A stretch of DNA of 64,000 nt from Hormiphora californensis (taxonomy: Eukaryota > Animalia > Ctenophora). The notes under the pieces are model-generated. The model did no database searches. It worked only from the letters and a program-made list of their open reading frames with translations, and had not been told where the DNA came from. Positions within the stretch are counted from its first letter, which is position 1, and the number at the start of each line of letters is the position of its first letter. The stretch is taken from NCBI GenBank assembly GCA_020137815.1, contig CM035359.1, forward strand, positions 3,596,001 to 3,660,000. Direction: 5' to 3'. Made by a program: the position numbers and the translations under genes. This document shows, piece by piece, positions 23,401 through 35,236 of this stretch.

Positions 23401-25450
23401 TGAACCCCCCGTCGCGACGCAACTCCTCACAACCGACGGCGGCCAACAAGAAAGGGACGGAATCAAAAAAAAAAGAAAGACGGGGGACAACCGAGGCCAG
23501 GAATGAACGGACCAAGACAAAGGAACAAAAGCAAGACAACATACGGCGACAACAGTGACAACCCCCAGGCATAACCCAGACTAATAGCCGACCCACGCCA
23601 CACCACCACAAGCAATCGCAGACACCGACCCGCCTCTCTCCCGACGTTACCTAAACCTGTAACAGCCGAAACCCACCTACCTTCCCATAGGTCGCTGCCA
23701 AACCCCATACACCATCCACACATCACCCACAAAGGAAAAGCCTCACCACCCCCAACATCCCCACGAGCACAGACCCCCCAAGACCACTCCCCGTACACCC
23801 ACCGCACCCCACCTAAGCACCATCACAGCACCCTGGATAGCGCGAAACAAAGGAAAAAGCCACCCTAATAAGAAGACGAACTGCGGGCGAGCCAGCACCA
23901 ACCAAGAACAACCAACAGCCGGAAACACAGCACCCCACGCAATCCCACCCACATGTCCAGACCAAGACAAAGGAAACGAACGAACACCCAGGCACAACAA
24001 ACCAACCCAGACGGCACCTCCATCACCCTCACAGGAGAAAGCGAGCGGAAAACTGCCGCAAAGGGGTAACAGCGAAGCCGACGCAGCAAAAACTCGACCC
24101 CACAAACAGAAAAAGCCCTCACCCCCAGCCCAACCTTACCCAAGAAGCGACGCAGGAGCTGGGACCATAGATCTTCCAACCTCAGGCACCAAAAGCCAGG
24201 CCGGCACTCAAACCACCTCATCAGCGAGACAGGGGTACACACCCGCTCGCAGCAACTCTACCATCGCATGGGACAGGAAATTCCCAAAAAGGCGAGAGGA
24301 CCCGCCCCGGACTAGAGAACAAACCAGGAAGTAAATGGACAAAAGATAGAAGAACCTTAAGAGGACGAACGGGGGACCACATCAGCAAGAGGCGGGGGGA
24401 AAGGGGGGGGGAACCGGAAAGCCCCAAAAAAACAAAAGCAACGAAAACCCACACTCACAAAAACCAAAAGGCGGCTCCACCAAACACCAAGGGCACGCAA
24501 CGAACCCTCCACTTGACCGCAGAAGGTGAGGACCAGCCCAGTAGCCAGAGGGCCACAGCACCGCGGTAGGACTCCGCCACATCACAAAGGGCTCCCGGGA
24601 CGACAAGAAGGGTAAGGAAAAAAGCCAAACAAAAAACGCCCGAAGTCAATAAGACCCGGGACCCTTCTACAGTACCTACAAGCCCGGACCCCACACCTCA
24701 GCCAGACACAAAAATACATCACGCGGAACAGGCAACGAACCAGATCTCAAGGCCACCCACTTCACCCGCCACTCCGCAACCCCCGATCCCAGCGAGAATA
24801 CGAACCCACAGAAGAAAAAGGTGGAGAGAAAATAACCAATAGGAAGAAAAAAGGGACGAAAGACAACCAGCCAGCTCACACCCTCTCCAATTACAACCCA
24901 ACCCCCCTTCAAGGAGATAAATGGGAGGAGAAAAAAAAGGAAGGGGAAAAAACAAGGGAATAAAAACAGGGGGATTAACAGACTAAGAAACACCGAAGTT
25001 GTGGACAAGATTCTGCATGTCAGACATGACATAGACCTAGGTGGTTCCAGTTGAGAGAATGATGCTGTTGATGAAAGCGCCATATATTCTGCATAGCAAC
25101 TAAAACTCGCTAACACATACTGAGCTTTACAAATCTAAAGCAAAAAAAGAAGGAGAAAAAGCAAGAGAAAAGCAGAAGGAAAATAGGAGGGGGGAAGGGG
25201 TGGGAGGAGCGCACATTGTGACCCCCAAAAGAATGCTTTTGCACATGAATTTTATGCCACTCGACTATGAGTTGTTTGGCTATGAACCCATTAATGTTTG
25301 AGTGTTTTCACTCCTTCCTTACCGAAAGTCCAGGAGGAGTTTGTTTGGTTAAACTTTAGGTTTTTATTTTAAACATATGGGGACTTAGGCAGTGCCCAGT
25401 CGCCCAGTGGGGCAGTTAATTGTGATTGGGTATTTATGCTTTTTTTACAA
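20440..25450 (+). mobile_element. Degenerate non-LTR (CR1/L2-like) retrotransposon relic, strongly T-depleted
   Basis: About 5 kb. The region near 24645-24740 reads like VIRP..Y..W.PHL..YI..EQ.QR of the ORF2 C-terminus if lost Ts are restored. No intact ORF. Preceded by (TCTGA)n at 20333-20407; an 18-bp repeat x4 lies at 23139-23213. Confidence 0.4.
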
Positions 25451-25918
25451 TTACAAAAAACATAGTTCCCTCCGGTGAATGGTTAAAGGCCTTGCAAAAA
25501 AAGGCATAGGGGTTTAGAAAGAAGAAAGAAATTGAAACGGAGTAGTAACTAGTTAAAACTGCAACTGAACTCTCTCTAACACACCCAATACCAGCAGGAC
25601 CGCCCAAAGAGACAGTAGAGAAGAGAGACAGAGAGAAAAGAGGACGACGAAAGGAGACAAGAAGAGACCGACCAAGAGACAGAGGCAGAGCAAGAGAGAA
25701 GCCCAGAGAAGCGAGAGAGAAGAGATAGAAGTAGAACGGAGACATGGAGTAGAGAGAGCAGATGAGAGAGGATAAGGATTATATCTATCAGTAGAACTTA
25801 GAGGTAAGTATAGCGAGATAGGATATAACGTTCTCTATAATTATATTATCCATCTATACTCTCTATCTCTCTCTCTCCTCTCTCTCTTTCTTCTCTCGCT
25901 CTCTTTATCTCTCTCATA

Positions 25919-26003
<85 letters not shown>

Positions 26004-26225
26004 ATGTCACACTCTCAAGCACCGATATCAAGATAACAGTTACGAACTCCCGGACCCACACATTCTTTGTCTCATATAAGACCCTCCTCTTCGGCCCGGT
26101 GCGGCTACGTGAGGCGGCGTAGCGGCCTCGCGTAGCGAGGAGGGTCTCACCCCAAATGGTCTACTTGAATTTGAAACGCGCCGCACACAGCAAATGCTAA
26201 CGCGCACCAACTCTTCTCTCTCTAT

Positions 26226-27895
26226 AGGGTAAGCTGGGGCGAAATGGCCCACGGGGTAATGTGGCCCATGTATGGGGCAAAGTGGCCCTAGTAATAACAT
26301 GTGGTCACGTGACTTTTTCTCCAGCGGAGACCTGCTCGTTCTGTTCCGAATTTTCGCTTTAAAACTGCTGTCATTTCTGTTTGGGTTAAAAGTAGGTCGG
26401 AACGATGCCGTGGTGCTGATCTCCTATTACGAATGGCGTTCAGCGACGGTCCATTTTTGGTACAGATTTCTCTGAAGCATAGCTCCAGCGCCACCCCAAG
26501 CAGGCAACCGTATTGGTTAGATATGCACCGTCTTTGCGAAACTCTCGAAAGAGCCTCTACCAATCATAGCTTGGCGGTCTAGGTAGCATTGCGCTAGTCC
26601 AGGCCCGAACCTGTGACCTAGCGCGTGGAAGGCGAGTGCACTGGCCACTACACCACCCTGCCACCAATTTGGCCGATTTTAATTTTTAATTTGGCCGATT
26701 TTAATTTTGCAAAAACTGCCAGTTAGGCTTTATATGAGGCATAAACTCTTGCCAGTGGCGCGTTATTTCAGATACCTTTCTCCCAGCGCGCCGCTGGGAG
26801 AAGGTAGCTGTAGTTTATCCGCCACTGGCGGATAAACTGGTTTAAATCACGACGACGATCCCGAGGCGTAGCCGAGGGAGAGGCGGAGGGGTTTAAACCT
26901 ATAACGCGTCTGTGGCAAGAGTTTATGGGTTATATACCCTGCTTTAGTTGTTTGTTACAAGTATTACACACTAACAAGAGAGAGAACACTAATCAAAACA
27001 CACAAAGAGAACTGAGAAACAGTCAAAAACATCTCTCAATTGAGTGTACATTGTTTGGTAACAGTTACTAAGGAGAGAGAGAAAGAAATAACGAGATATG
27101 GGGCATGCCAGACATAACACAGAGGAATTGAGATAGTGAAACAAAAGGGAAGATAAAGAGAGAGTAATTGACGGAATGTGTTGTTTCTTTCTCTCCAATT
27201 TAGTGTGTAACTCTTCCAAACAGTGTTCCCTCTGTATTTCAGTAAGAACTGATCATTTACACACACTTTGAATGTAACATAGGAGTTAAAAATAAATAAC
27301 CTGCCAGTGGGAAATAATCTGCCGCTGGACTGGCTGGTTATCGAGAGCGCGCTAGTGGGACTTCTCGCCACTGGCGCATTATTTAAGTTAGCAGGGTATA
27401 TAATTCTCTAAAACGTGGTATAAAAATTTTGAAGAAATTGGCAATTTTTTTTGTCGTAATTGTCAATTTTGTGAAATCGGGGCCAATATGACCCACTCTC
27501 CGGGGCAAAGTGGTCCGGTCTGGGGCAAAGTGGCCCACCTCTAGGACCAATGAAATGGCGCCTGCAATACCACGTGACATTGGAATGGGCCACTTTGCCC
27601 CTAATTTGATCGTTTCGTCTAACAACACCAGGCCCGTGATAAAATCGAGCAATGCTATTGGCTAGGGCCATGGCCACTTTGCCCCGGTGCAAATTTTCCA
27701 AAAAAAAGCCTTACCAAATTATTTGAATTGATTAATTAACCCATTAAATAAAACTTGTAGATTTTAAAATTTAGCTCGGCTGAAAGGAAAAGGTTTCATT
27801 GGATAGCCTATATATTTTTTTCTTCCTGCTGTATAAATTGCGTATTTTAGAACCTAAAACGTTAAAAGTGGGCCACTTTGATCCCAGCTTACCCT
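26226..27895. mobile_element. TA-flanked MITE (pogo/Tc1-like) containing nested insertions
   Basis: TA-GGGTAAGCTGGG...CCCAGCTTACCC-TA, with subterminal ggggcaaagtggccc repeats at both ends. Confidence 0.8.
26590..26661 (-). mobile_element. tRNA-Gly(TCC)-derived SINE head or tRNA pseudogene
   Basis: - strand reads ggtggtgtagtgg (A box)...gccTTCCAcgc...ggttcgggcc (B-box-like)...gcgca. The acceptor stem is broken. Confidence 0.55.
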
Positions 27896-28846
27896 AGTCT
27901 GAACGCGTCTCTCGCTTTTCCCACGGACCGTGGGAAAGTCGCGCGAGCTCTTTATTACAAGAACGAATGATTTTGAAGAGTTCAAACTGTGTTTAACGCG
28001 CCTCGTTTCATCTTTGCGTGTGATAAAGCAGGGTTTGGGGTATGACTGTACATCGAGGTTGCGTGATGTACAGTCAGTGTATGACAACACATTCTTTATC
28101 TCTCTCACTCTCACTAATCTCTCACTCTCTTTACCTATCTCAGGCGTTATCTTATCTTATACTGATATCCCTGCCTGCTACCTTATCATGAATTCGTTCT
28201 ATTGTTACACCTTAAAGTGTCTCTCACTCTTGTTTTAAAAATTTTACAAGGCAATTTTAGTATGCCTATTTCGTCAACAATAATGTCCCAGATTCTTACA
28301 CTTTTAGACCTCGCAGGCTCGGTCAAAAAGTAAAACTACATCACTCGCTGTCTGGCGCCGCGACCCATCTGAGCGCACTGAGATTTGAGAATCAAATGGG
28401 GTATGGCGCCGCCATACAGATCACTCGCAGGCTCGTGAGGTAGTTAGACTTAGTGGCACTCGCAGGCTCGTACACTAAAGTACAAGAATCTGCCTCGACC
28501 TGTGGTCTCGGATCATTATTGTTGCACTTATAACACTCGACCTTCGGTCTCGTGTTATAAGTTTTCAGGTACAACTTATAGGCATAATAAAATCCTACAA
28601 TCTCACGCACGATTTTGACGGTCGCGTTCGATGACAAAATTTTAACACGCCGTCAAAATCGTGCGCGAGATTGTTTCTTTTAGAATGGGGGAGAGAAATT
28701 TTAACGGCCGCTGGTGTGTGCGGGATTAAAATCAAAATTTTAATTTTAATTTTAACTTTGGTGTGTGGTGACCCTTAGCTGTTATAGCAGCAAGCGGGAC
28801 AAATAAATAAAACCAAGCTAAATTGTCTGCCACATTGGCATGCAGT

Positions 28847-28908
28847 ACCAAATCCTTGTGTTTTAGTAGCACTAAACGCTTAGTGCTACTAAAACACAAG
28901 GATTTGGT
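28847..28908. repeat. Perfect hairpin, 29-bp arms and 4-nt loop
   Basis: accaaatccttgtgttttagtagcactaa-acgc-ttagtgctactaaaacacaaggatttggt. A second imperfect hairpin lies at ~28598-28673. Confidence 0.95.
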
Positions 28909-29810
28909 CTGCACTGTTTGATTGATATACAAATGATCGGACGGACATGTCTATCTCGCCTTCACATTAACTGATTAGATGGTTATGAAAATAACGGTTG
29001 GCGGGGAAACATCGAATTATGTAACATAATTATGTTCTAACCCTCCTTTACATTTGTGTGGAGTGCACGGTAAGTGGGTCGAGCAAGGCAAATATAATAC
29101 AGGTATTCTTGGTTGAAACTTGCCAAGTTAGACTGTTATTCGCGCGCCCCGCGGGCGAATAACAGTCAAGCTCATTTAAATAAATCTCACCTTTACACGA
29201 GTCTTCAACAGCGTGCTTGCAGTTATTATAGGTGGACAAGTTGTCAAAAGTCTGCTTGAGAGACTTGAAGTCGCTCCCCTTAGCAGTGTTTTTGATCCGG
29301 TTGTTGAGGTGCTCACACAACCTAAGGGGATGGTTTTACGGGATAGATAATGCAAGCTAGAGCCAAGTTTACTGTGAGGTCAGAATTTAGACAACAAAAC
29401 CAGCACAACTTACCAGTCCAGTCCTACACGGTGACCTGGGCCATTTTTGAAGGAAACAGTGTTGTTCCACTTCAGAACGTGTCCAGTGAAGGCTGACATG
29501 GCCCGCCGTTGGTCAACAAGAACCTCCATAAACAACTTCACGTAACTGAAATGAACTTTCATTAGTATCCCAATTTGGGGGATATTCATCTATTCAGTAA
29601 TTTGTTGTTTTGTTCAAACCCATTTTGGGCACGAAAAGGGGTCTAGCTAGGCAAATAGTTTGAGGTTCTGGCGGTTTAATAAATGCAACTTACTTCCTAG
29701 AATTCCTGTTGTAGACGAAGGGCAGGAAGACCTTTAGAGCCGAGTGTTCCCTGTTAGCATCCCCATGCGACACTGGAGAAAAAGACCGTTATTGAAAAGT
29801 TCTTCGTAGA

Positions 29811-29862
<52 letters not shown>

Positions 29863-29875
29863 GAGAGAGAAAGAG

Positions 29876-29958
<83 letters not shown>

Positions 29959-30173
29959 CATAGAAATATAGGGTTCAGCAAGGCAAGATTAAGTAATGAC
30001 CCTGCTAAGCAAGGCAAGTTTATGAGTTAAGCCGAAGAGATCTTGATAAGAAGAAGTGCAGGTATATGTTACTTACCAGCATCTACATATACCATGTACA
30101 GACCGATAAGGGAAACCAGCCCTCGTACATAGTTGAACTGGTTGTCGGGGGAGGTTCCAGGTAAGTCTTTCCC

Positions 30174-30889
30174 TTGGTAACGAAGTTACCCCTCCCTTGC
30201 CGGCGCGGCGTGCGAAGCACGCCAAACGAAGGCCGCGAAGCGGCCTGAGTAGGGGTAACAAACCCGCTTTGATTCACTTCAAAAATTAATAGCTCCTCAA
30301 CCACTCAATGAAAATGCACCAAATTTTGGTATTCCCCACCAAATTGTCTGAAAATTATAATTCTGTACTCATATTTAAAAAATTATCCCCGGAACCTTGG
30401 TTTTGAAATCAGTTTTAGGTGTTAATGATGAAAAAAATTTTTGAAAAAGTAGGTCAGGTATGCTTAACATCATATCAAAGATCGTGGCAAAGTTTGAAGT
30501 TTCTATCTTGAAAGGTCTGGCCATCAAAATTAAAAAGGTCTTGAAGTTGAACCATTTGTACAAAACATGTTGTAACTCAGCTTCTACTTTGCCAAATTAA
30601 ACCTGGTTTGAAACACTGAACTGCTAATCTATCCCTCCGAATACGGACGAAGTTTGAAACCGCCAGCTCTATTGGCCGCTCTGCAATACTTGTTTGTGTC
30701 AAAGAAATCAGGAAAGTAACGAGATTTGGTCTCGGTGTGGCCCTGTGCGCGGCTCAAACCCCTTAGCTAGAACTATGTAGTGTAGACTACAACTTTTCAG
30801 TGCTCAGTATAACGTTTTGGGCGCGCTATAAAAATAGGGCAAGCCCTTCTGATACCTCTAAACAGAGTGTGAGGTGTCTTCGATACCAA
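30174..30889. mobile_element. 716-bp non-autonomous DNA element, TTGG..CCAA ends, 9-bp TSD, inserted in a DUF6589 exon
   Basis: TSD gtctttccc at 30165-30173 and 30890-30898. TIR ttggtaacgaag / cttcgataccaa (11 of 12 match). Removing it restores HHGKDLPGTSPD. Confidence 0.88.
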
Positions 30890-31695
30890 GTCTTTCCCAT
30901 GATGCGAGCTAGCGTGCCGTACCAAGGCACGATTGAGTCTGAAAGTCTGGCCACACTCCTGGCACTCAAAGTAATCCGTGGACGGTGCGGGTAAGGTCAA
31001 TATTCCGACCATTTTCGTCACTATATCCTTGGAATTGAATTGAAATGACATCATAAACAAATTAAACAGCATCTTCATCACCAAATCACGAAGGGGGGGG
31101 GGTCTAGCTAGGCAACAAACTCCATAACTAAGAAATTGAAAGATCTAAAATATTACCTCAACTCCTGGAAAGACATAGACAGTTGCTCAACATGTATAAC
31201 ATCCAATTACATGCCCTCCGATGTCCAGACTTCCAAGAATAGGGCAACTATTATAGCAGTCTGAAAATGAAAAAAGTTTATTAACTTTCCTTGACAAAAC
31301 AAGTACAGTAAAAACAGGAAGAGATCAATTTATTTGTAATTTGTTCTGTTCAAAAGGGGGTCTAGCTAGGCAACAATTTCCAACATTTTTCATTCTCGAT
31401 TGTTACCTTGAAGTACATGATGGCCATATCTTCGCACTTTTCAAAGTTTTCTGTGACTTTGGTGTTTATAACCACCTTTCTGTTCATCTGGACGCATAGA
31501 CCATTAAAGGTCGCCTTGTCCATTGTGGCATTCCCGCCTCGGTAGTCCTCAAGGCAACGCTGGGTAGGGTAGGGGTTGTAGTTGTTTTGTTCAAACGCGA
31601 ATGGAAGTCTAGCTTGGCAAGGTTGTACTAAATGTCAAAATTCAATATTCAATTAAGAACTGTATAATGTGTTTATAATATCAGTTTTGTACGAA

Positions 31696-32468
31696 TAGTA
31701 GAGGAAAAACTGCCCAAAAATAAGCCAAAAAGGCAACTAATTGTTATAAAAGCGAAAACCACTCTACCCGACTAATTTTGATACGCTGAATCCAATGAGC
31801 AACTTACGCAAGCGCTCAGAGGTGGAGAAAGTGCCCTAATTGGCCATAATTGGGTACCTGTATTTTCAGCCTGAGGCCAAAACCATAAGTACCCTTAAAA
31901 TAGGAGTAAAGACAAATCTGAGGGCACTAAAGTGATCAGCGTCCTCGCATTAGTGGGGGTAGGTGCCGGAATTAAGTCTCTATCTCATCTGGTTAATTGA
32001 ATAATTGGATAATTAGATATGCGCATAACCGTATTTTGGCTATATGGCTATAGCCACTTAGGAATGGTTTAGAGACGTTTCATTGGTGCCATTTTGTAGG
32101 CAATGGCCAAGTTATGGGGGGTCGACGTCGGACTTCTAAGCTCTATCTTCAATCGTTTAGCCGTTATTTGGCTTTAAAGGTACTCAAAATGAGCGAAAAA
32201 CGGTAAAAAGCCCGATTACACTAATGCGAGGACGCTGATCACTTTAGTGCCCTCAGATTTGTCTTTACTCCTATTTTAAGGGTACTTATGGTTTTGGCCT
32301 CAGGCTGAAAATACAGGTACCCAATTATGGCCAATTAGGGCACTTTCTCCACCTCTGAGCGCTTGCGTAAGTTGCTCATTGGATTCAGCGTATCAAAATT
32401 AGTCGGGTTGAGTGGTTTTCGCTTTTATAACAATTAGTTGCCTAAATTTTTCAGTTTTTCCTCTACTA
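31696..32468. mobile_element. Non-autonomous Academ-like element with ~260-bp TIRs
   Basis: TAG..CTA termini, 3-bp TSD GAA (31693-95, 32469-71), and near-perfect arms ~31730-31955 vs 32219-32443. Confidence 0.85.
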
Positions 32469-32684
32469 GAATGGATAGGGACTTACAGTTAGCAGCATGA
32501 ACCTAGCATGACGTGTTCCGTAAGTGGTTTGAAGTTTAGGCTCTCCCTTCTCTTCCAACATCCTAACTCCTTGACCGAGTTAATCCTTGAAACAGTGAGC
32601 TGGTCACCACCCAACAAATCTTCATCAAACTGAATTAAATTAATATTAGCTGTGTAGGGCGCAGGGAACCATGGTTTGAGAGAG

Positions 32685-32768
<84 letters not shown>

Positions 32769-32872
32769 GAATTCTTGGAAATAGCAAACAACAAAACGTG
32801 ATAAGGGGATAATTAGTGAGAGAAAGAGGGAGAGTGAGTGTAAAATGGCAGACTGTGTGTGGTGTTATAGTA

Positions 32873-33943
32873 GGGGAGACTTGGCCATAACGGTATACCA
32901 TCCTTTTTCCCCATATATCTCCATTTCTACTGGCTCTTCCCCCTTCATTTTTATTTGGTTGCATTTTTCATTGTTAGATTTATCATTTCCCTGAAATATA
33001 TCTTCCTACGTACACCCAAAGATGAGCAACGGTACTATCCCATTTGGTATAAAATTTATGCAGTGGCTAAAAATTTTGGCGAAACGGGACATACCTTTTT
33101 GGGTCAAACGGGATATCCCATTTAACCGAAGTTGCGTGTCCCATTTTGCCAAAACCACTTTAGTTTGGGAAGAACTTTAATTATATGCCAAGCACGGGGT
33201 TATTAATTGGAAGTAAGTATAAAAATATTGTTTAAACATTAATTATTTGTGTTATGCACAAATGACGTTTTGTTTCCCGGCCGAAAATGGATGTATTATT
33301 GATGTCTATGATTCAAAACTTGGTTTTTTGATGAATTTTGTGCTATCAAACATTTTTCGGCTGATGCAATGTAACTTGCTATGGTTTCCTAGGTGGTTGC
33401 TATGGTAACAAAACGATCCCAAGCAGTTGCTATGGTAATCAATATAGATACTTAGATCTTAGGTCAAACGGGATAGCAAACTTTGGTAAAATGGGATATC
33501 CCATTTTAGCAAATTTGGCCCAAATTTGGTGAAATGGGATATCCCATTTTGGACAAGGTGTAAATGTCCCATATAACCCAAACTGATCAACTTAACTATA
33601 TCAACTATTTAACAAACACTGTAATTTGAGAAAGGTTAAAAATATTTAAGGGTGCAAGAAAATTATACTGGCTAATATTTCCGCCCAAAAACTGGTAAAA
33701 ATCTACCAAGAGAGCTGTGTAATCGAGCTTAACACAAGATCAAATTTTCGACTTAGATAATTCTGTGGGAAACCACTTACATACGACACCATCTAATTGT
33801 CAGAAAATGATAATAATCAATGGAAAATTATCCTTGAACAAAGAGGATCGTATTGTAGTGTTCATTTTGTGTCTGAACCTTATTATCTTACGTACAGCCC
33901 AAGATCCCATTTGGGCACACGTCCCATATTGGCCAAGTCTCCC
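32873..33943. mobile_element. TA-flanked MITE
   Basis: TA-GGGGAGACTTGGCCA...TGGCCAAGTCTCCCC-TA, with internal atgggatatcccat repeats. Confidence 0.8.
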
Positions 33944-34464
33944 CTACCTTGTCAGTCACATTCTGTGTGTTTGGGTGTAAAAACACTACGAGAACACTTT
34001 TCTTAGTTATATCCCTCTGCCTCCATATCTGCACGCTCCCGCGGAAGCACAGTGCATATTTCACAGTGCAAATGGTCGCGCACAACGGGAGTGATATGTG
34101 CACTCGCGGTATATATAATACTAGCGCACCCATTGGGTGCGCCTCAAGTAAGGGTGGCTCATTTCGCCACTTTCAACGTCAATAACACGGTTGCCATGGC
34201 AACTGAATTGGTAACTATGGTGACTGGCATGTTAAAAGTCATTCGAAAATATAAATTAACTTCCACTGGAAGTTCCAAAAGTGTGAGCAACAGCTTTACA
34301 GCTTTGGGCCTATAAAGTGTTTTATGAAGGAGCAATGTCGCTTAGATACCGCCTAACGAACGACCATCACGCGACATCTCCAAATTATAATAGAGATTGT
34401 ATAGTTCCTATTTAGTGTATTTTAGATATTAAACATTAATTAATGTGACCTTATATATTTTTAG

Positions 34465-34503
34465 CAGCCTGATGATGTCGATGTTCGACGAAACCGTCGT
34501 GTG
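34465..34503 (+). ncRNA. Minimal type-I hammerhead ribozyme remnant (Penelope-like element)
   Basis: cagc-CTGATGA-t-gtcga-tgt-tcgac-GAAAC-cGTC. Catalytic boxes and stem II are intact; stems I and III are imperfect. AATAAA follows, and 33950-34606 may be a pLTR fragment. Confidence 0.6.
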
Positions 34504-34606
34504 ATTTATTTCCTGCAATAAATTCATTGTCTCAGTTGTCCATAAACTACTATCAACTACTGAAGATGAGACTAATATCAAGCGTGGCAACACATGAACT
34601 TCATAA

Positions 34607-35192
34607 CGTCATCAGTTTGTTAGGAGTTGGATACGAAAGTCCTAACTAAAACACGGAAAGTAGGGTCGCCATGACAGCGAGTTTAACGAACCTTAATCCA
34701 TCCGATGTCAGACTGGGAGACGCTTACAGAGGAACTGTGTTCAGTTTTCAGTGTCACAGTAACATCCTCTCCTTCAAAACGAGCTACCACTGTCTCTAAG
34801 GTGGGCTCAACCCGCAAATATTGGCCTGATATCCCTGTGAAAAGGGGTCGTATTCACACTTCACCTGGCGACCGTTTTGAATGAGAATTGAAATCCTCTC
34901 AATGAAAGCTAAACTAGTAGTACATCATGTTGAATACCTCCCCCCCCCTCACCTCGGACTAACTTATAGCCGCTGTTAAGTAGAACTGTATCATGGACAT
35001 TGCATGTTAGATGTACAGTGTGATAAATAGAGCTACTTTTCATTACTAAATAGTACATTGAAAACGGTTTAAATTATAAACGGCATCTACTATAGATCTG
35101 ATCTAACACAAAACCGCAAACTCAATCAACAATTTCTACAAGGATTTGAATAATAACATAAAGCAAGTGAGCTCTGAATAAATATTTTTCAA
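34607..35192 (-). repeat. Diverged direct duplicate of 15655-16535, including an Ig exon copy (~34692-34834), with ~310 bp missing
   Basis: Near-identity to 15655-15885 and 16199-16535 with scattered substitutions. Confidence 0.9.
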
Positions 35193-35236
35193 ATAAATTT
35201 ATACCAAAAAAATTGACTGAATTCAACCCTTTTCAG

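Larger units (their letters stand above)
29191..32629 (-). pseudogene. Intron-containing DUF6589-type protein (putative Academ/AcademH transposase) with an inserted C2H2 zinc finger; disrupted and 5'-truncated
   Basis: Exons: 32487-32629 (LLGGDQLTVSR), 31407-31559 (DKATFNGLCVQMNRKVV..FEKCED), 31157-31260 (contains a stop), ~30890-31028 (CQECGQTFRLNRALVRHASSHH), 30077-30173 (DNQFNYVRGL..GLYMVYVDA), 29694-29772 (VSHGDANR), 29414-29545 (NY..LKWNNTVSFKNGPGHRVGLD), 29191-29321 (WLCEHLN). Phases match at the last three junctions. Motif order matches DUF6589 as I recall it. Confidence 0.78.

Noticed and set aside
21250-25116. Many Gly/Val/Trp-rich - strand ORFs
   Set aside because: They are open only because A is scarce on that strand, so stop codons are rare.
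26590-26661. Functional tRNA-Gly
   Set aside because: The acceptor and T stems do not pair; treated as a SINE head or pseudogene.
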